DNA of 64,000 bases. It comes from an uncultured Acidobacteriota bacterium (GTDB taxonomy: Bacteria > Acidobacteriota > Vicinamibacteria > Vicinamibacterales > UBA2999). The DNA lies in contig CAWHBF010000029.1 in the NCBI GenBank assembly GCA_963827515.1, forward strand, positions 336,092 to 400,091, written 5' to 3'. A program made the position numbers and the translations under genes. The notes beneath the pieces were generated by a model. It was not told the origin of the DNA. It searched no databases and saw only the letters and a program-made list of their open reading frames with translations. Shown here piece by piece: positions 61,508 to 64,000 of the stretch (position 1 is the stretch's first letter; each line of letters starts with the position of its first letter).

Positions 61508-62842
61508 TCAGCTTCGAGTGCCCGCGGCGTGACGATTCTCGTCCCGTGCGTTGCGAGCAAACAGGACAATCGCGACCGCGACAACCATCAGGGACGACAA
61601 CTCCAGCGACCGGCGTACGCCGATGAACGTACCAAGCACCCCCACGGTGATGCCGCTGCCGGCCCGCAGGCCGAGCATGGCCGTGTTGAACAGGCCCACG
61701 ACGACGCCACGGAGACGGGCCGGCGCCAGCACCTGCACGAGCGTTTGCGCCATCGACGTGAACGCGATACTGAACGCACCCGCCACGACGAGGAGCGCGA
61801 CCGCCAGGCCGTAGTTGTTGGTCATCGGAAAGAGACCCATCGCCACCCCCCAGAGTCCCGCGCAGACGATCGCCGTGCGAGCGCTCGGCCGCAGGAGGTT
61901 GGACCCTTCGAGCAGTAAGGCGCCGATGATGGCACCGGCCGCGTTTGCCGCGAGCAGGACGCTGTACCGGGCGCCGGTCTCGTCCGCGCCGAGCAGGTGC
62001 GCATACTCCGGCATCTGCGCCTGAAAAGCGTTCCCGACGAAAAACGACGTCGCCCCGGCAAGCACGATCATCGTCGTGATGCGAGGGTCGCTGCGCGTCT
62101 TCGCGAACGTACCGAGAAGCTCGACGAAGCCGGCCGACGGCTCGCTCCCTGCCCCATCGGCGTGACCCGTATATGGGACGTGTCTGACGAAGAGACTGAA
62201 GGGAAGGAAGATCACGACGTTCGTCAGCAGCCCCCACGCCGGACCCAGTAGCAGCATGAGTCCCCCGCCAATCGCCGGACCGAGGAGGATCGCGAGGTAA
62301 CGGCTGCTTGCGTTCAATCGGATTGCGCTTGGCAGATCGTGGCGGGGCACCATGTCGTGGATGATGAGCTGAGAAGCGGGAGCACCGACGACGCCCGCGG
62401 CGCCGTGTACCAGGAGGATGACGACGGCGTGCCACATCTGCAGCGTCCCGGCGAGGAACAACAGTCCCCACGCGAGCGACGCCACCATGAACAACCCCTG
62501 TGAAATCTGGATCAGCTTGCGACAGTCGTAGCGATCGGCGAGCGCGCCGGCGTGCATCGAAAAGAGCAGGAAGGGCACCCAGTGGCTGATGACCGCAAAC
62601 CCGGCCAGAGCCGGTGAGTGGAACAACTGGAACATCACCCAGTAGCTGATGACGTGTTCGATGTTGTCGGCCGTCATCGACAGGAGATTGGCCGAAAAGT
62701 ATCGACGGTAGGCCGGAACTCTCAGTGCGGCGAACCGTGGTCGTGGGTGAACCGGAGTTGCCGAGGTTGTTTGTGCCATTCCCCTGAACATTATGGCCGG
62801 TGCGAGAGCGTCGCTCGCGAGAGGATGGCCATATAATCTCAA
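61508..62842 (-). CDS. MFS transporter (EntS/MFS_3-like)
   Basis: 444-aa ORF with about 12 TM helices. FRRYFSANLLSMTADNIEHV, GALADRYDCRKL. The true start may be the internal ATG at 62779 (MAQTTSATP). Confidence 0.8.
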   Translation of the reverse strand: MRLYGHPLASDALAPAIMFRGMAQTTSATPVHPRPRFAALRVPAYRRYFSANLLSMTADNIEHVISYWVMFQLFHSPALAGFAVISHWVPFLLFSMHAGALADRYDCRKLIQISQGLFMVASLAWGLLFLAGTLQMWHAVVILLVHGAAGVVGAPASQLIIHDMVPRHDLPSAIRLNASSRYLAILLGPAIGGGLMLLLGPAWGLLTNVVIFLPFSLFVRHVPYTGHADGAGSEPSAGFVELLGTFAKTRSDPRITTMIVLAGATSFFVGNAFQAQMPEYAHLLGADETGARYSVLLAANAAGAIIGALLLEGSNLLRPSARTAIVCAGLWGVAMGLFPMTNNYGLAVALLVVAGAFSIAFTSMAQTLVQVLAPARLRGVVVGLFNTAMLGLRAGSGITVGVLGTFIGVRRSLELSSLMVVAVAIVLFARNARDENRHAAGTRS

Positions 62843-62879
62843 CGGCGTGAGCGCGCTCTTGGGTGAGATGGAGGAAAGA

Positions 62880-64000
62880 TGATGAAACGATGGACGCTAG
62901 CCCTTGTCGTAGCCGGGGTCACCGGGGTCTCGATCCTGCTCTCCGCTCAGCAGGCCACGGCTCCGGACATCATCTTGACGAATGGAAAGATCGTCACCGT
63001 CGACGATCGGTTCTCCATCGCGCAGGCCGTGGCTGTTCGCGGTGACCGTTTCGTCGCGGTCGGCACCAACCAGGACATCACGCGCCTCGCGGGGCCAAAT
63101 ACGCGGCGCATCGACCTGCGGGGCAGAACCGTGGTCCCCGGAATGATCGACAATCACGCACACTTCCAGGAAGAGGGCGCCTATTGGGCGCTGGAGCTCC
63201 GTTTCGACGGGGTTGACTCGCGCAAGCAGGCGCTCGAGTTGATCCGCGCGAAGGCCAAGGAGAAGAAGCCCGGCGAGTGGGTATACAACCTCGGCGGCTG
63301 GTCGCCCGACCAGTTCGCAGACAACAAGAAGCCGTTCACGCGGGAGGAACTCGACCAGGTGGCGCCCGACGTCCCTGTGTTCCTGCAGTTCACGCGATCT
63401 GAACAGTACCTAAACAGCAAAGCGATCGACGTGCTTGGTCTGGAGACGAAGACCGAACCATGGATCATGCGCGACGCCAAGGGCCGGGCGACCGGCATCA
63501 CTGGTGTAGCCGGCCGCAACGCGATCGTGGACGCCGCCAACTTTCTCGACGCGCCCAACGGTGGCAAAGCCAACCTGCCGATGGACGTGATCGTGGCGAG
63601 CCAGAAGGTGATGCTCCGAGATCTTGCCAAGGCGGGCCTCACCGCGTCCGGCGGCCAGTGCACATGGGAAGACCTGTATCGGCAGTTCCAGCGCGAGGGG
63701 ACGGCCAGCATGCGCTTTTTCTGCGCCAAGACGGTGACCACCGGGGGACGAGGCGCGGGAACGCTCGACAAGCAGATTGCCGAGCTGGCCACGCTCAGGT
63801 ATCACGATGGCGACGAGTGGATGGAAAACTCGAACTACGGCGAGCGATTCCCAGGCGGCGGCGGGGGCGACGTCATTGCCCCAGGTCCAGAGCCGATTGC
63901 CTCGCAGGAAGTGTGGGACGCGTGGGGGCGGTTTGCCCTCGCTGCCGCCAAGGCCGGGATACCTGTCCAGCTCCACACCGTGACGGAGAAGGCCATCGAC
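62880..64000 (+). CDS. secreted amidohydrolase-family enzyme (Amidohydro_3-like); its 3' end runs off the window
   Basis: Absent from the ORF track because there is no stop in the window. ATG at 62880 after GGAGG. My translation: MMKRWTLALVVAGVTGVSILLSAQQATAPDIILTNGKIVTVDDRFSIAQAVAVRGDRFVAVG...VVPGMIDNHAHF (HxH metal site)... The frame stays open to position 64000. Confidence 0.75.

Overview
High-GC (roughly two-thirds G+C by eye) bacterial chromosomal segment. The gene content looks Acidobacteriota-like (inference only). No rRNA, tRNA, CRISPR array, transposase or integrase was recognised.

Layout:
- (a) 1-6926, minus strand: an unusual respiratory cluster. It has an ActA-like pentaheme cytochrome and an ActB-like Mo/FeS protein. 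Where ActC/D/F would be, it has a cytochrome c lipoprotein, an orphan 638-aa CydA-like (cytochrome bd subunit I superfamily) membrane protein and a membrane-anchored cytochrome c.
- (b) A ~0.94-kb divergent intergenic region.
- (c) 7864-20625, plus strand: canonical Alternative Complex III (actABCDEF plus a small membrane protein), SCO1/SenC, and a caa3-type oxidase (coxBACD).
- (d) 20.7-34 kb: CitE-like lyase with a CoA-transferase, Smr protein, nitrilase, DUF5916-like protein, metallophosphoesterase, DUF1501/DUF1800 pair, a CarboxypepD_reg/heme-c/propeller protein, and an MBL-fold hydrolase.
- (e) 34-40 kb: a TonB-receptor remnant, an OmpA/hypothetical/RCC1-like operon, an MBL-fold hydrolase, and a decayed hydrolase.
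- (f) 40.8-51 kb: two copies of an uncharacterised module (a small secreted protein whose mature N-terminus is His-His-Ser, plus paralogous 290-400-aa secreted proteins). The second copy also has a TonB-dependent receptor and a cytochrome c/c'-like fusion. An MHS-type MFS transporter gene (42705-44038) lies between the two copies.
- (g) 51-64 kb: GGDEF protein, MgtE, orphan PilT, GtrA fusion, TIR-TM-TPR protein, VOC and DinB proteins, a propeller protein, PilZ protein, MFS transporter, and an amidohydrolase.

About 20 single-nucleotide frame disruptions hit about 17 otherwise well-conserved genes, several at homopolymers. These are most likely assembly indel errors. For those genes the coordinates span the joined ORF pieces.

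A dispersed ~85-nt double-hairpin repeat occurs three times. An AT-rich 33-bp inverted repeat sits at the ACIII/SCO1 junction.

Family names (DUFxxxx etc.) come from my memory of similar sequences and need HMM confirmation.
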